Notes: generated by a model not told the origin, from the sequence alone. Shown: positions 14,901-27,720, counted from the first letter of the stretch. The stretch: 64,000 nt of DNA from the human T2T-CHM13v2.0 reference genome, Homo sapiens (GCA_009914755.4 CP068257.2:38016001-38080000), one strand, 5' to 3'. Translations and numbers: made by a program.

Positions 14901-15272
14901 CAAGTAAGAAAATGTATCCAAGTCACAAAGAAACATAATTTGGCTTTTGGAGACATGAGCAGCTTCATTTCTCATTTGTTCATTCGAAAGTCTCCACTGG
15001 GCTTCTGAGTGCCACATCCTGTCCAGAATGATGAAAGATACAGAAAATGGTGCCTGCTGACCTTCTGGAGTTATTGGCTAGTAAGAAAGGTGGGTGGTAT
15101 TCCAAGGTTTGTACCAAGAATTAATAAAATACAATCCCAATAATTAAAGTGATACAGTACAAAATGGGGTGCTGTGAGTAGTGAATAAGGAAATGAGGAT
15201 TAAAGGTAAGGAAGAGTTAGCTGAGCAGAGAGAGAAAGAGGAAAGCAAAACTGGGAAAGAGCAGGAGGGTCA

Positions 15273-15728
<456 letters not shown>

Positions 15729-15916
15729 TCAAGAACAAATTCTCAAGCCTTGTAGAGTTAAGATGGCTTCGTGTAGCACAATTAAATCTGAGCGCTGGAA
15801 ATTGCTTCCATTGCCTGTGGTTTAGGGTGCCTCATATAAATTGAAATCCAGCAGGCCAGTTTCTAGAATGATCATACTCCCTTGTTTTAATTAATTAATT
15901 AAGTTTTTGGTTCTCG

Positions 15917-16104
15917 GGCCTCAGTCTCCTGAGTGGCTGGGATTACAGGTGTGTGCCACCATGCCCGGGGAATTTTTGTATTTTTTGTAGAGACAGGGTT
16001 TCACCTTGCTGGCCACGCTGGTCTTTAACTCCTGAGCTCAAGCGATCCACTGACTTCAGCCTCCCAAGTGCTGGGATTATGGGCGTGAGTCACCATGTCC
16101 GGCC
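15917..16104 (-). mobile_element. Alu SINE fragment (minus orientation, truncated)
   Basis: gcctcagtctcctgagtggctgggattacaggtgtgtgccaccatgcccgg ... ggtttcaccttgctggccacgctggtctttaactcctgagctcaagcgatccactgacttcagcctcccaagtgctgggattatgggcgtgagtcaccatgtccggcc. Confidence 0.88.
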
Positions 16105-16989
16105 CCTTGTTTAAAGTCTTCCTCTTCCTTCCCCAACCCTTTGTCTGTGGTTTGCATGCTGAATTCCTATCACTGTCAAATTCTTCATGGAGACCTTACT
16201 CAAGCAGCCTAGAGTCTATGGCTTTACCATTAGGGCAACAAGCTTCCAGAATAATCTGGGAGAAGATGTTCTTTGGGAGAAAGCACTTGTCTTTGTTTTC
16301 AAGGTGTTTTATATGGGGTTAAAGATACCATCCTCCTGTTATCTCACTAGATGTAGACAGTTAAAAAGCTTTTACAAAATTTTCGGAGTTTTCTAATGTG
16401 GTTGGTTGCACAGAATAATTGGCAGCCCTATTAATGATGTTCTGATGATCCTCTTTTGCTATGGTATTAATTTGTTTAGTTTAGTTTTGGGTCAGAAGAA
16501 AGACCTCATTGCTTTGATTCTTAGCTTATTGTGTAATCAAATCTTACTTTTTAAAAAAAAGTCCATTGTAGATTGGCCTTCCTGAATCTATAGACAACAT
16601 ATTTGACACTGTGGACGAAATTGTTCAAATAAAATCATTCAGTGTTATTTGGGTTATTAATCAGAAAAGAATGCATCAGATTTAAAAGAATTGGGTTATA
16701 AAAATATTGACTGTGCTTTTGGCTGCTTAGAGATTTGGAGCTGCAAGTAAAGGTACTTAAGTTAAAAAAAAAATAGAGCTTCAGCAGGCGGTAGATTGTA
16801 GAGTGAGGGGAGGGGACAGGACAGAGCCTGAATGGGGGCCAGACCCTCCTAGCTTGTGCACCTTCTCTTTCTCACTGTCCTGAGTCTGAGTCCCAAGGCC
16901 AGGTGAGGTCGTCTTCTCTATGTTTAGGAGAGAATAAGAGTCTAGGGGGTTAAGTGATGCTTCCTAGCATGAAGCACAGTGGATAGGTT

Positions 16990-17135
16990 GGAAGAGAGCA
17001 GCACTTCCCTCTGGTTGTGCATTCTGGGGGACAAGTTTGGCCCTCCATGCAGTTGAGGGAAATCTGAGGAGACCCCCATGGCCACTCCCCATGACCAGTG
17101 CCATGCTGTATACAGCAGGTGCTCAATAAATGCTG
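16990..17135 (+). mobile_element. MIR-like SINE tail
   Basis: ...ccatgctgtatacagcaggtgctcaataaatgctgggagatga (MIR 3' tail motif agtaagcgctcaataaatg). Confidence 0.5.
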
Positions 17136-17164
17136 GGAGATGATCTTTGCTATGGACTGAATTG

Positions 17165-17520
17165 TGTCTCCTTACAATTCCTGTGTTGAAGGCCTCACCC
17201 CCAAAGGGATGGTGATTGGAGAGGAGGACATTGGGAGCTGAGTAGGTTCAGTGAGGTCCCGAGGGTGGAGCGCTCGTGATGAGATGAGCGTCCCTGTAGA
17301 AAGAGGCACCAGGGCTGTCTCTGCCGTTGTGGGGACACAACAGGAAGCCGACCATCTGCAAGCCAGGAGGAGGCCCTCGCCAGAACCCGGCTGTGCTGGG
17401 ACCCTGATCTTAGACTCCTGTCTCCAGTACCATGAGAAAAGACATTTCTGATCTTTAAGCCACCCAGTGTGTGGCATTTTGTCGTGGCTGCCCGAGGTGA
17501 CTAAGACAATCCTTAAAATG
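17165..17520 (-). mobile_element. Ancient interspersed repeat of the L1M 3'-end type (minus orientation)
   Basis: ggactgaattgtgtctccttacaattcctgtgttgaaggcctcacccccaaagggatggtgattggagaggaggacattgggag...ctgatcttagactcctgtctccagtaccatgagaaaagacatttctgatctttaagccacccagtgtgtggcattttgtcgtggctgcc. This is a common human repeat consensus. It is the reverse complement of the copies at 19670, 42455 and 43510. Confidence 0.6.
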
Positions 17521-18165
17521 CCTTCCAGCTCTAAATTCATCAGTCCTGAGACCAGTGATCATGTGTACAAATCCCTGTGGCTTTTCTCCCCAGTCACTTG
17601 ATTGATTGGAGGCTTCTCTGTTGTATTGATGAATGGGACAGAGAGGCCCTGCTGGACTCTAGACTCATGGGCCCGTAAAACCCTGAGAAGGACCATGGGC
17701 CCCCTGATGTGCTTGGCCAGAGCCCAGACTGCTCATTTGCTCCTCTAGGCCATTCTGAGCTGCCCTGCCTGCCTCCAGCCTCCTTTCTCAGCTTTCCCTC
17801 TGCACACCGTGCTGTTTCTGGAACCCACAGGCCCTTCCGGATTCCCTGCCTCTGCCTGCCAGCCTCCCTGGCCAGGTCTCCCTGAATATCCACAGGCAGG
17901 ACCTCTGTTCTCTCCCCTGCCCCGTTAAAGAAAAGCCAGAGCTGGAGGTAGGAGGTGAAGACAGTTTCTATTCAGGAACTATTGCAGTAGGGGAAAGAGA
18001 CCTCAGTATAGAGCCGGGCTTAATTCTGAATACAGCATGGACAAGTGGGGAGGTGCAGCCCAGAAACAGGGTGGAAGGCTCAGTGGGTGGAAAGTTACTA
18101 AGAGGAGACCCCAGGGGCGAGGGGGATTCTGGCTAAACCCACCTTGCTGGAGGCAGACCAGGGTG

Positions 18166-18300
18166 ACCAGACATCAAGGGTGGGGGACGAGGAACCGATC
18201 AGATAGTGACGTTGGGGATCTGGAGGCAGAGTCCAAGGTGGCCAGACACTGAGGGTAGAAGACAAGGAACTGATCAGATAGTGATGGTGTGGGATCCTGG
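18166..18300 (+). repeat. Tandem duplication, 2 x ~60 bp, diverged
   Basis: gaccagacatcaagggtgggggacgaggaaccgatcagatagtgacgttggggatctgg ... gccagacactgagggtagaagacaaggaactgatcagatagtgatggtgtgggatcctgg. Confidence 0.8.
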
Positions 18301-19669
18301 CAAAACCAACTTTGCAGGATTCTTGCTAAAACTGGGCAGTGCAGAGACAGACATGGAAATGTAAAGGTGGAGGCCTGGTTGGGATGAGGATCCAGAGGCA
18401 CCCAACTGGAGTCTCTGCCAGACCTCACGCACCACCCTGCTGTGTCAGATCCCAGTTACTGCTTGGCTCATGCTGTGAATCCTGAACCCCGCAAAGATTT
18501 GTCGTCTTTGTCGTGGAACCCCCAGCACCTGGACCCCTGCCTGCCCCAGGGGAGGTGATCAGAAGAGGCTTCCCGAGGCAGTGGAAGGGCCTGGGATGAA
18601 GGTGCAGGGCTCTGCTTCTCCACTGAGAGACAAAATAAAATAAATACAGGTGATTTCTCTTGGTAGCCAAGTCACAAGTTCTACTCCTGTGGGTCAGGGC
18701 CCCCTCCTCAAAAATTCCTTTGTTAAAGTCCTGCCTCAGAATGTGACCTTATTTGTAGGTGACAGCTGCAGGTGACACGAGAGCCCTTCCAACAGGGCGT
18801 GTTCCTGCCTTCACTGGTCAGCTGCAAAAGGCGGGCACAGGCTGCTCCTGAGGCTGTGTGGCCAGGGCAATACCTCACGGAGCTTCCTGTGGCCACAGCA
18901 GCAGCAGCATCTGTGAGCTTGAAAGGGGATGATGAGTGAGACTTTTGTCCACAGTTCTTGGTTGAGCTGCCACAAGCAGATGGGAAAGGCTGAGAAAGAA
19001 ACCATTCCTCCCTGGGTGGGGACGCTTGAAATTCCCTTTCAACCAAGGGGACGCCACAAGCACCCCGTTCATACCTGCGTGCAGATGCCAGCGCCTGGCT
19101 CGTTGGTGACCAGCAAGGGTCCCAGCTGAGCCGGGGTGCTCTCCTGTGGCTCTGGTGGAACGTCCACAGGATACTGGAGAGATGATTCAAACATCATTTA
19201 GATGGGGGAGCCGTTGAAATAGACTTGACAGTTTGTTTTGCTTAGTAGAAAAAAATTAAAAAATTGTCAGCTACTATCACCATTTTTAAAATAAGATTAA
19301 AAAATGTATTTTACAAAAAAAAAAAGGTAAAAATGAGCAGCTCACCATGTCCCACTTCTTCCACCCCAGCGCCAACACCCTCACTCAGCCGTGGTCCAGC
19401 CAGAAGACAAGGTCAGATAAAACAACCATAAAGAAAAAAAAAACCTTCTTCTAGAGTGGCTGGGAATGAGGTCACCGTGATGTCTTCCCCTGAATCGGTG
19501 CCATCGTGGTTTTGAAGTGTGACGGTCACTCAGCTCAGGAGTCCTCGCTATGTGAGCCTGTCCACCACTATTCACCCTTGGTGGAAGAAGACCCTGAGCA
19601 CCCCAAAACATGACATCCTTATTTTCAGGAACCTCTAACTGAAATTGAGCCCTTCCTTTCTTTATGAAT

Positions 19670-20100
19670 ATAGGCACTGTCTTAGTTCCCTGCGGCTGTG
19701 GTAACAAAGCGCCTCAAACTGGGTGGCTTAAAACACAGACATTTGCTGTCTCAGGGCTCTGGAGGCTGGAAGTCTGAGACCAGAGTGTCACTGGGGTTGG
19801 TTCTTCTGAGGCTGTCAGGGAGAATCTACTCCAGGCCCTCCCGCAGGCTCTGGGAGTGGCTGGCTGCCTTTGGCATTCCTTGGCTGGGAGACACAAAGCC
19901 TTGAGCCCTGCCTTCCTCTTCACACTGTGTTTTCTCTGTTTGTGAGTCTGTGTCCAAATTTCCCTGGAGAAATACCCATCATATGGGTTAGGGATCCCCC
20001 AATGACCTCACTGAAACTTAGTGTGGAGCCTGTCTCCAAATAAGGTCACATTCTGAGGTATTGGTGGTGAGGACTTTAACATGGGAGTTTTTTGGGAGGA
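19670..20100 (+). mobile_element. Ancient interspersed repeat of the L1M 3'-end type (plus orientation)
   Basis: cttagttccctgcggctgtggtaacaaagcgcctcaaactgggtggcttaaaacacagacatttgctgtctcagggctctggaggctggaagtctgagaccagagtgtc...ggtcacattctgaggtattggtggtgaggactttaacatgggagtttt. Confidence 0.6.
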
Positions 20101-21384
20101 GGCCCTCACCCACAGTAGTAGAACTTGTGACTTTGTCACCGAAAGAAATCACTTATTTTCACATCGCACCGTAGTAGCAGTGGACATCTCCAAATACCGG
20201 CGAAGCTAGTCCTGCCTGCAAAGTTAAGGCAGTTTTTTTTATCAGATCTAGAGCTGGAAATCATTGTTAAATGAGGCGATGAGGAAGTGTGTATATTATT
20301 CTGGCTCACTTTTAAAAATATTTTGATCCATTTATTTCAACATAATTGATTTCCCCTGTGATTCTGTATGTTTTGTATTATACATGTAAAAACGTTATTC
20401 AGAGGAGTTCACAGGCTTCACCCGACTGTGTTGAAAGGACCCATGATGTAAGGATGTTTGTTGTGGGGGGTGCTTGTGGCTCCTTAACTGGCTCTGGAAA
20501 GAGCCTACTTCCCATAGTGAACCCTGTGAGGTCCAATTCTGTTCCTCCCCCTGGAGCTCCAAGAGAAGGTCATTGTCCTTGTAGCAGCAGGTGCCCCCCC
20601 AAGCTGGGTTCTCACTGCAGGTGCCAGCGGGCTCTCAGTAGGTATGACCTGGATGTGAGTGGTGAGCCAGGATTGAGGCACTCAGCACCTTCGACCACAC
20701 TTCCCACTCTCCCTGGGGTTCAAGTCAGGCTATGGAAAGTGTACACCCTGTTTGTCATATAACTGGATGGGTGGTGGGCAGAACGCCTCTGGCAAGGTAG
20801 ACCTTGAAGGCAAAACTGAGTTGAGGTTTGTTAGGACGGAAATAATTACTGCTGGGCATGCAGCACTTCCCAACCGTTCTGTGAGGCAGGCAGTGTTATT
20901 GCCAGTTTGGCACAAGGGCACAGGTGTAGAACACGTAAGTGCCCTGGGCCGTGCTACACCACCACTGTGTTTGAGCTGAGATGTGAACCAGGGCCTTCTG
21001 ATTCCAAATTCCTCATTCCTTTCATCCTAGCAGGCTGCCTGCGGTTAGCAGAAGGGGACTCCTGTATCTGCTCTGCAGCTTCTTCAGCTGATTTATAATG
21101 GAAAACAGAGTAGATATTGATTTGGCAATTAGTGAAATATTATGAGAATCATCATAGCAAACTTCACAGTTTGATCAAGGATCCTGCCTTCAATATCTGG
21201 CCAACTGATGTGTAAAAGCAGCTGCAAGAACTTCAGAGCTGACAAAAAAAGCAAACTCCAGACTTTATTTCCTGGAATCTGTTTTGTGAGACACTGGCCC
21301 ATGAAATGCTCTCCCAGAAATAGTCGGATTTGTGGTCAAATAAATTTGGGCAATTCTACAGAACATGTGTCTTTTTCAGAGATT

Positions 21385-21800
21385 TATTTTTAATTAAACT
21401 TATTTAAAAATATTAACATGGTACAATTTGCATATAGTGAAGTGTGCAAATCTTCGCTACATGGCTCAATGAGTTTTTACATATATTTCCACCCATGTAA
21501 TCACCACCGAGATCTAGAATAGAATGTATTCGTCTCTCCAGAGGTTCCTCTGTTCCCTTGCAGTCAATAATTCTCCACCAAAGATAAACATTCTGCTGAC
21601 TTCCTTCATCATTGATAAGTTTTTCCTGGTTTTGAACTTCATATAAATGGAATCATTTCATGTCTAGCTCTTTTCACTCAACATAACATCTGTCAGATTA
21701 ATACATCGCATGTCAATAGTTTGTAGTTTTTATGGCTGTGTAGCATTTCATTCATTCATTCTGCTGTTGATGGAAATTTCTTGACTAGAGTTGTGTTATC
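21385..21800 (-). mobile_element. Old L1 (L1M/L1P-like) 3' UTR plus ORF2-end fragment, antisense on + strand
   Basis: ...catatatttccacccatgtaatcaccaccgagatctagaatagaatgtattcgtctctccagaggttcc...ttcatataaatggaatcatttcatgtctagctcttttcactcaacataacatc...gtagtttttatggctgtgtagcatttcattc. Matches antisense of L1 ORF2 3' region (ataaatggaatcatacaatatgtggcc...ttttatggctgaataatattccattg). Confidence 0.7.
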
Positions 21801-22289
21801 AATTTATTGCCTCTTGGCTCCAAATTCACCCTTTTTGCCTGGTCTCTGGAAATGGGTCTGGGCCCTCTAAATATTTTCCCTTTGCAATCTGGCTCTTGAA
21901 GCTTATCAGTGGAGGGTCCTGGAGGGGCATTGCAGGGGAAACAGTTTTTCCTTCCTGGTTCAGGGACGCTGGTTTGGTAGCCCCTGTGGTGTTACAGGAG
22001 TACTTGGCAAGACAGCAGTTTCCCCGGGTACACCCGCTAGGTGTTTTGTAGCAGAGTGCATCTGTGAGACAACTGGTGAACTGCTTTCCTTGCAACCTAG
22101 AGGGCAGATTTCTGGCAAGTTCCAGAGGGTGGATTCCAAACATGTTCCTCTAATGTGGATCTGCAGTGATGTCTCTGCCATTCAGTGGGCATAGCTGTGC
22201 CCTTTTAGTGGGGTCTAGATCTCAGCCCTGGGATTGGGGGCATTTTCTCAGTTGCTCAATCTCAGCCCTAGGGGCAGTGACCATTCCTT

Positions 22290-22663
22290 ATATATGGTTG
22301 TTTGTATATTCTTTGGAACTGTCTTGATTTTATTACTGTTAGTCTCTCATTACTCCACTCCCTTATTATAGTAAATGATTCTTTGTATTTGACTTTCCCT
22401 GGTCAAGGTACTAAGTGGTTTTTCTCTCCTGTTTGGATCTAGATTGATACAATAATTTTTTGCAATTATGAGCAATGCTGCTGTGAACATTCTTGATCAT
22501 GTCTTAGTGGACATAAGCAATAATTGCTGCTGGGTCTGTGTGCAGGAATGATTTGCTAGATCATAGCACATACGTTTATCTGTAGCAGAAACTGCCAAGG
22601 TATATACAGCTTTCCAAAGTGTGTTAATTTACATGCCTGCTAGCAAGGTAGGAGAAATACAGT
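22290..22663 (-). mobile_element. Old L1 ORF2 fragment, antisense (probably same element as 21385-21800)
   Basis: ...gcaatgctgctgtgaacattcttgatcatgtcttagtggacat...ctgccaaggtatatacagctttccaaagtgtgttaatttacatgcctgctagcaagg matches antisense L1 (aatgctgctatgaacattcgtgtacaag...ccaaagcggctgcaccattttacattcccaccagcagtgtat). Confidence 0.65.
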
Positions 22664-22836
22664 TGCTTCCCAAGTAGCTGGGATTACAGGTGTGTGCCAC
22701 CACTCCTGGCTAATTTTTTGTAGAGATAGGGTTTTGCCATGTTGGCCAGGCTAGTCTTGAACTGCTGGCCTCAAGTGATCTGCCTGCCTTGGGCTCCCAA
22801 AGTGCTAGGATTACAGGGATGAGCCACCATGGTCGA
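22664..22836 (-). mobile_element. Alu SINE fragment (minus orientation, ~170 bp)
   Basis: cttcccaagtagctgggattacaggtgtgtgccaccactcctggctaattttttgtagagatagggttttgccatgttggccaggctagtcttgaactgctggcctcaagtgatctgcctgccttgggctcccaaagtgctaggattacagggatgagccaccatgg. Confidence 0.88.
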
Positions 22837-22837
22837 C

Positions 22838-23476
22838 TTCATGATAAAACTTCAGTGGATGAGGAGCTGCCTCTTATGATGAACAAAGAAGGTGGTTTCT
22901 TGAAATGGAATCTACTCCTGGTGAAGATGCTGTGAACATTGTTGAAATGACAAGAAAGAATTTACAGTGTTACATAGAGTTAGTTGATGAAGCAGTAGCA
23001 GGATTCGAGAGGATCGATTCCAATTTCAAAATAAGTTCTGCTGTGGGTAAAATGCTATCAAATGGCGTCGCATGCTACAGAGAAATCTATCATGAAAGGA
23101 AGAGTCAATTGATGTGGCAAACTTCATTGTTGTCGTATTTTAAGAAATTGTCACGACCACCCCAACCTTCAACAACCATGACCCTGATCAGTCAGGAGCC
23201 ATCCACATTGAGGCGAGAACCTCCAGCAGTAAAAAGATTATGATTCTCTAAAGGATCAGATGAACATTAGCATTTTTTTAAGCAATAAAGTATTTTTACG
23301 TAAGATATGTATGTTATTTTTTAGGCATAATGCTATTATGCATTTAATAGACTCCAGTATATTGTAAACATAACTTTAAATGCACTGGGAGATAAAAGTA
23401 TTTGCTCTTTTATGATATTTGCTTTATTGCAGTAGTCTGTAATGGAAACTACATTATCTCTTGGGTACACCTGTAT
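22838..23476 (+). mobile_element. Tigger1 DNA-transposon 3' terminal fragment (includes C-terminal transposase-derived ORF 22905..23243)
   Basis: Translated ORF ...[94 protein letters not shown] matches the C-terminus of the Tigger1/pogo-like transposase. Downstream ...gcaataaagtatttttacgtaagatatgtatgttattttttaggcataatgctattatgcatttaatagactccagtat...gctttattgcagtagtctg...acacctg matches the Tigger1 3' end and terminal repeat. Confidence 0.8.
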
Positions 23477-26101
23477 ACAGAAAGAAATTTATTATGAGGA
23501 AATGCTCATGCAATGATGGAGGCTGGAAAGTCCCAAGATCTGCAGTCAGCAAGTTGGAGACCCATGAGAGTCGATGGTGTGGCCCCAGTCTGTGTTTGAA
23601 GGCCTGAGAACCAGGAGAGCCAAAAGCTGGCAAGCTCTGGACCCAGGAAGAGCTGATGTTTCAGTTCAAGTCCGAAGGCAGGAAAAGACTGAAGGCCCAG
23701 CTCCAGGCAGTCAGGCAGGAGAACTTTCCTTTTACTCACGAGAGGGTCAGCATTTTGTTCTGTTCAGGCTGTCAACTGAGTGACCCAGAAAAGCTGGCAC
23801 ATAACATTCACCATCGTGCTGCAAGAGCTGCAAAACCCTCTCTGCTTCTAACACTGATGCTCAGCCCACCTCCAGTGGGCAGGGAGCTGGGTGCCGGGAG
23901 GACTTGGGGTTGCCAGCCCAGTGTGGGCCTGGACAGTTGCTGAGAATCTCCCTCCGCCCTGTGACTTCTTAATTACTTAGAGGGTCACCCTGGTTGCTCA
24001 CTTCAGCTCACTTGGGAGATTCTCTCTGCTTGAGGCCAGGGGTAGGTCCAGGTCTGATGGGGTCTGAAGCTTATACAATTGGGGTGGGGGGCATTCCTCT
24101 TTAAGGAAAAGAAAACAGCAGAGGTGAGTCGTCCTGCAGCTTAGCTTCACTAGTCTCGTGGAAAATTTGCCTCCTAAAATGTCTTTCCTCTGAGAAAGCC
24201 CAGGCCTCCAAAGGCCCAGCCAGGCTGGCGTCAGTCTGGGGTCAGCTGCGGGGAGGCTCCAGGCCATGTGTGACACAGGAGTTTACCCCATCCCAGTTTC
24301 CAGTGGAGAAGCATCGTTCTCGTCCACCCCCGTCATGCTCTTTTCCACCTTCTCCAGGGGAAGGGATATTTTCAGTCTGTACAACGAATCCACTGAAATG
24401 TTAAGGTGGGCACAGTGGTCTGGGGTCTTCGACCTTGTTTATACGTGGTGCCTGTTACTGGTCGGGTCTGTACAGGCAGTTTCCACTGGCGTTTTTTACC
24501 AGGCCAGCCTAGAGTAGAATGACCGCATGTTAAAATATAGATTCCTGGGCCCCAGACCTGCCAGAATCTCTGTGAGATGGAACCTTTCAACCTGGGTTTT
24601 AAACAAGCCTCCCGGGTGATTCTGACACTCACTGGATTTGAGAACCGTGGGGTTGTTCAGACAGCAGGGACGTTGATGTTGTTCCTTCTGCGTTCCTGGT
24701 GATGCTGTTCTGTTCTCCCAAGGCCTGTGCGGTGGTGAGAATCTCCAAGGATACAAGACAGTGATCTGGAGCGAGTGTCCTGAAAGCAGACTCTAGCACT
24801 CAGGACTGCCAACACCCTCCCCGGGTTTCCTTGGTCTGGAATTCCCATCCCCTGGTTCCACCTGTTACATCACACCTCCCCTTCAAGGACCAGTGCAGAT
24901 GCCATGTCCTTCACGGGGCTCAGAATGCTCACCAGCTTCCTCTCCACCGAGGGCCACAGCCCCTGGAGACCCCTTGAGCTGAGTGCTTTGTCCTTGCATA
25001 CTCTTTCTGGCCTCATAGTGGGGCTTGGCCATTGTCCCTTCACTCCAGATCTCTCCTTTCAGATCCAGGAAGTGCATCTTGAACTTAACTTTCCAGACCC
25101 TCCCTTCAGTTTTCCAGTCCTTAGAGAGGTGGACTTCTGATTCCTTTGTCTCTGTGCCCTGTAGCCTCAGGTCAGGCTTAAGGCAAGGTCTCCTCACCTG
25201 GCCTGGGGAGAGTCCCAGGACGCTGCACGTGCCTGTGCGGGTAGGATGCTGATGCCCAGATTTCCCGTTAGAGAGCCTTTCCCTATCCTGACGGCTCTAG
25301 CTTTGTGTGTTACTTACTTGTTCCACTTTAATTCAAAATGTACCCAGCAACCAGCTTGTGCACAGTTCTCTGGGGTTTCAGGAGGGATGTAAGACATACC
25401 CCTTGCCCTTCAGGCACTATGGCCAGAAGGGGGGCAGTGACCTAGGCAGAGGGCGGGAGCCAGCAGATGGGATACACTCAGAGGAGCCTGCAGCAGGCAG
25501 AGGCAGAGGAGAAGGGAGGTCTACACGTTCTGCACTGTATTTATCTCCTTCAGTTCCAAGGTTCTCTCCTGGCATCTATATTGCTCATGAGTTACAGAGC
25601 AAAGCCTGGTGTGATGGTTACTTTTAGGTGTCAACTTGGCTGGATTAATAAATACCTAGAGAACTGGTAAAGCATTATTTCTGGGTGTGTTTGTGAAGGT
25701 GTTTCCAGAGGAGATTGGCTGTGAGTCAGTGGGCTGAGTGGGGAGGAGCTGCCCTCCATGTGGGCAGGCACCATCCATTGACTGGGCCCAGATAGAACAA
25801 GAAGGCAGAAGAAATGTGAATTCCTCTTTCTCTGCTGGAGCTGGGATATTCTTCTTCTCCTGCCCTTGGACATCAGAGCTGCAGGCTCTCTGGCCTTTGG
25901 ACCCGAGGATTTATACCAAGCAGGTTTCTGGGTTCTCAGGCCTTTGGCCTTGGACTGATAGTTACACCATTGGCATATCTGGTTCTGAGGCTCTTGGTCT
26001 TGGACTGAGCCACACTCCTGGCATCCCAGCGTCTCCAGCTTGCATGGCCTGTCACGGTATTTCCCAACCTCCGTAATCACGCTAGCCAATTCTTCTAAGA
26101 A

Positions 26102-26212
26102 ATTTCTTCTCATCTATCTGTCTATCTATCTATCTGTCTACCTACCGACTTACCTACCTACCTGCCTATCTATCTTTTGATTAATCTACCTATCAATCTT
26201 TCTATCTATCCA
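26102..26212. repeat. Degenerate (TATC/TACC)n tetranucleotide microsatellite
   Basis: catctatctgtctatctatctatctgtctacctaccgacttacctacctacctgcctatctatc... Confidence 0.9.
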
Positions 26213-26688
26213 TAACCTGTTGATTCGATCTCTCTAGAGAACCCTGACTAATACACCTGGAGTGCAGAATCTGCTGGAGAAACTGCCATTCCGTTATTGA
26301 CTGGCTGGTCAGGCCATACAGCCTGGTGGTCTAGATGTGTTTGGAGGTAGGGCTTCCGTAGCACAGATAGTGCCTGTTCATGGCTCTGTCCCAGGTAAGG
26401 CAGAGCTAGCTTGTGCTGAGGGCTTCTGCTTTGCAGCTGGCCTGGGGTGGCTAGGATCTGGGGACACAGGCTGCCCTTTCCAGGCTCTGTCTGCTGGTGC
26501 TGCAGGTGCCCCTACCTCCTCCTTCAGTGGAAGGCTGGCCCCCAGGTCCTCTTTAGGCCCAATACAGACTCAGCCAAAGATGCAGATGTCTCATATATGA
26601 GGATTCTGAGCTGTGACTTCTGGTGGTAACTCCACTTTAGGCAGGAAAAATGTTCAACTGCCCATGAAAACAAATGACCCCGGGTCAT

Positions 26689-26734
26689 TTGGGTTTGGCA
26701 CCTGCTCTGCCAGTTGGGTTTGGCACCTGCTCTG
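26689..26734 (+). repeat. Tandem duplication, 2 x 21 bp
   Basis: gggtttggcacctgctctgcc agtt gggtttggcacctgctctgcc. Confidence 0.9.
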
Positions 26735-27034
26735 CCTCCTGGGAAACAGTTTGGCCAATGCACTGCATGAGGTGAGCGCCCATCCCTGGGAATTTAGAGC
26801 CCTGTGAAGGGTCCTGAGGAGAGGCACATCAGAGAGAATGAGAATTTAAGGTTTACTGTTAAAGCAACCCATAGAAAAGGAGCAGAATTATTCAAGCAAG
26901 GAAACAAAGTAGAAAAATATCTTCTTTCCCTTGCACTTGGTTTTTATGTTTCTCTCTAAAATGTATTGTGGGGGAGAAAGCAGTCCCCCAACCCCCCTAA
27001 TCAGCTGCATATCTTAGCCATGCAAATAAATAAT

Positions 27035-27120
27035 GAAAGAGAGAAAGAAGGAGAGAAAGAGAAAGAAAAGTAAAGGAAGGAAGGAGAGAAGGAAGGAAAG
27101 AAAGAAAAGAAAGAAAGAAA
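27035..27120. repeat. (GAAA/GGAA)n purine-rich microsatellite
   Basis: gaaagagagaaagaaggagagaaagagaaagaaaagtaaaggaaggaaggagagaaggaaggaaagaaagaaaagaaagaaagaaa. Explains the lysine/arginine/glutamate-rich ORF 27033..27260. Confidence 0.9.
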
Positions 27121-27411
27121 CTTTGCAGCATCCTGGAGCACCAGTTCAGACAAGTTCTGGTCTCCTGCTTGCCTTCTGCTGTGATTTCTCTGAAGTTGCT
27201 GGGGGCAGGAGCTGGGCAGGAACTCCCCAGGGGTGCCAAGCAGAGCAGGTAGTTGGCTAAGTTTGCCTCCAGGAAAGAAGTCTCTGGAGAGCGAGCTGGT
27301 TCTAGAAAGCTCCATTATTATTTCATGTTGCTTTTGGCGAATATATGTAGAACAGAATTTTGACAATGAAATTTTCAGGTGCTCTTTTGGCCATCAAAAT
27401 AACCAGCTCTT

Positions 27412-27720
27412 GGCTGGGCACAGTGGCTTGCCCTTGTAATTCCAGTGTTTTGGGAGGCCAAGGCAGGGGACTGCGTGAGCCCAGGAGTTTGAGACTAGCC
27501 TGGGCAACATAGTGAAACCCCATCTCTACAAAAAATACAAAGTTAGAAGAGTATGGTGGCATGCGCCTGTGGTCACAGCTACTTGGGAAGCTGTGACCCA
27601 AGTCACAGGAGGATCGCTTGAGCCCAGGAGTTCAGGGCTGTAGTGAGCTATGATTGTGCTACTGTGCTCCAGCCTGGGAGACAGAGTGACATCAGGTCTC
27701 TGAAATATTAAAATTAAAAA
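27412..27720 (+). mobile_element. Alu SINE (plus orientation, AluJ-like)
   Basis: ggctgggcacagtggcttgcccttgtaattccagtgttttgggaggccaaggcagggg ... catgcgcctgtggtcacagctacttgggaagctg ... ctgtgctccagcctgggagacagagtgacatcaggtctc + A-rich tail. Confidence 0.9.

Noticed and set aside
27001-27366. Lys/Arg/Glu-rich ORF 27033..27260 (+) and 121-aa ORF 27001..27366 (-)
   Set aside because: Both are driven by the (GAAA/GGAA)n purine microsatellite at 27035-27120. They are low-complexity with no coding signal.
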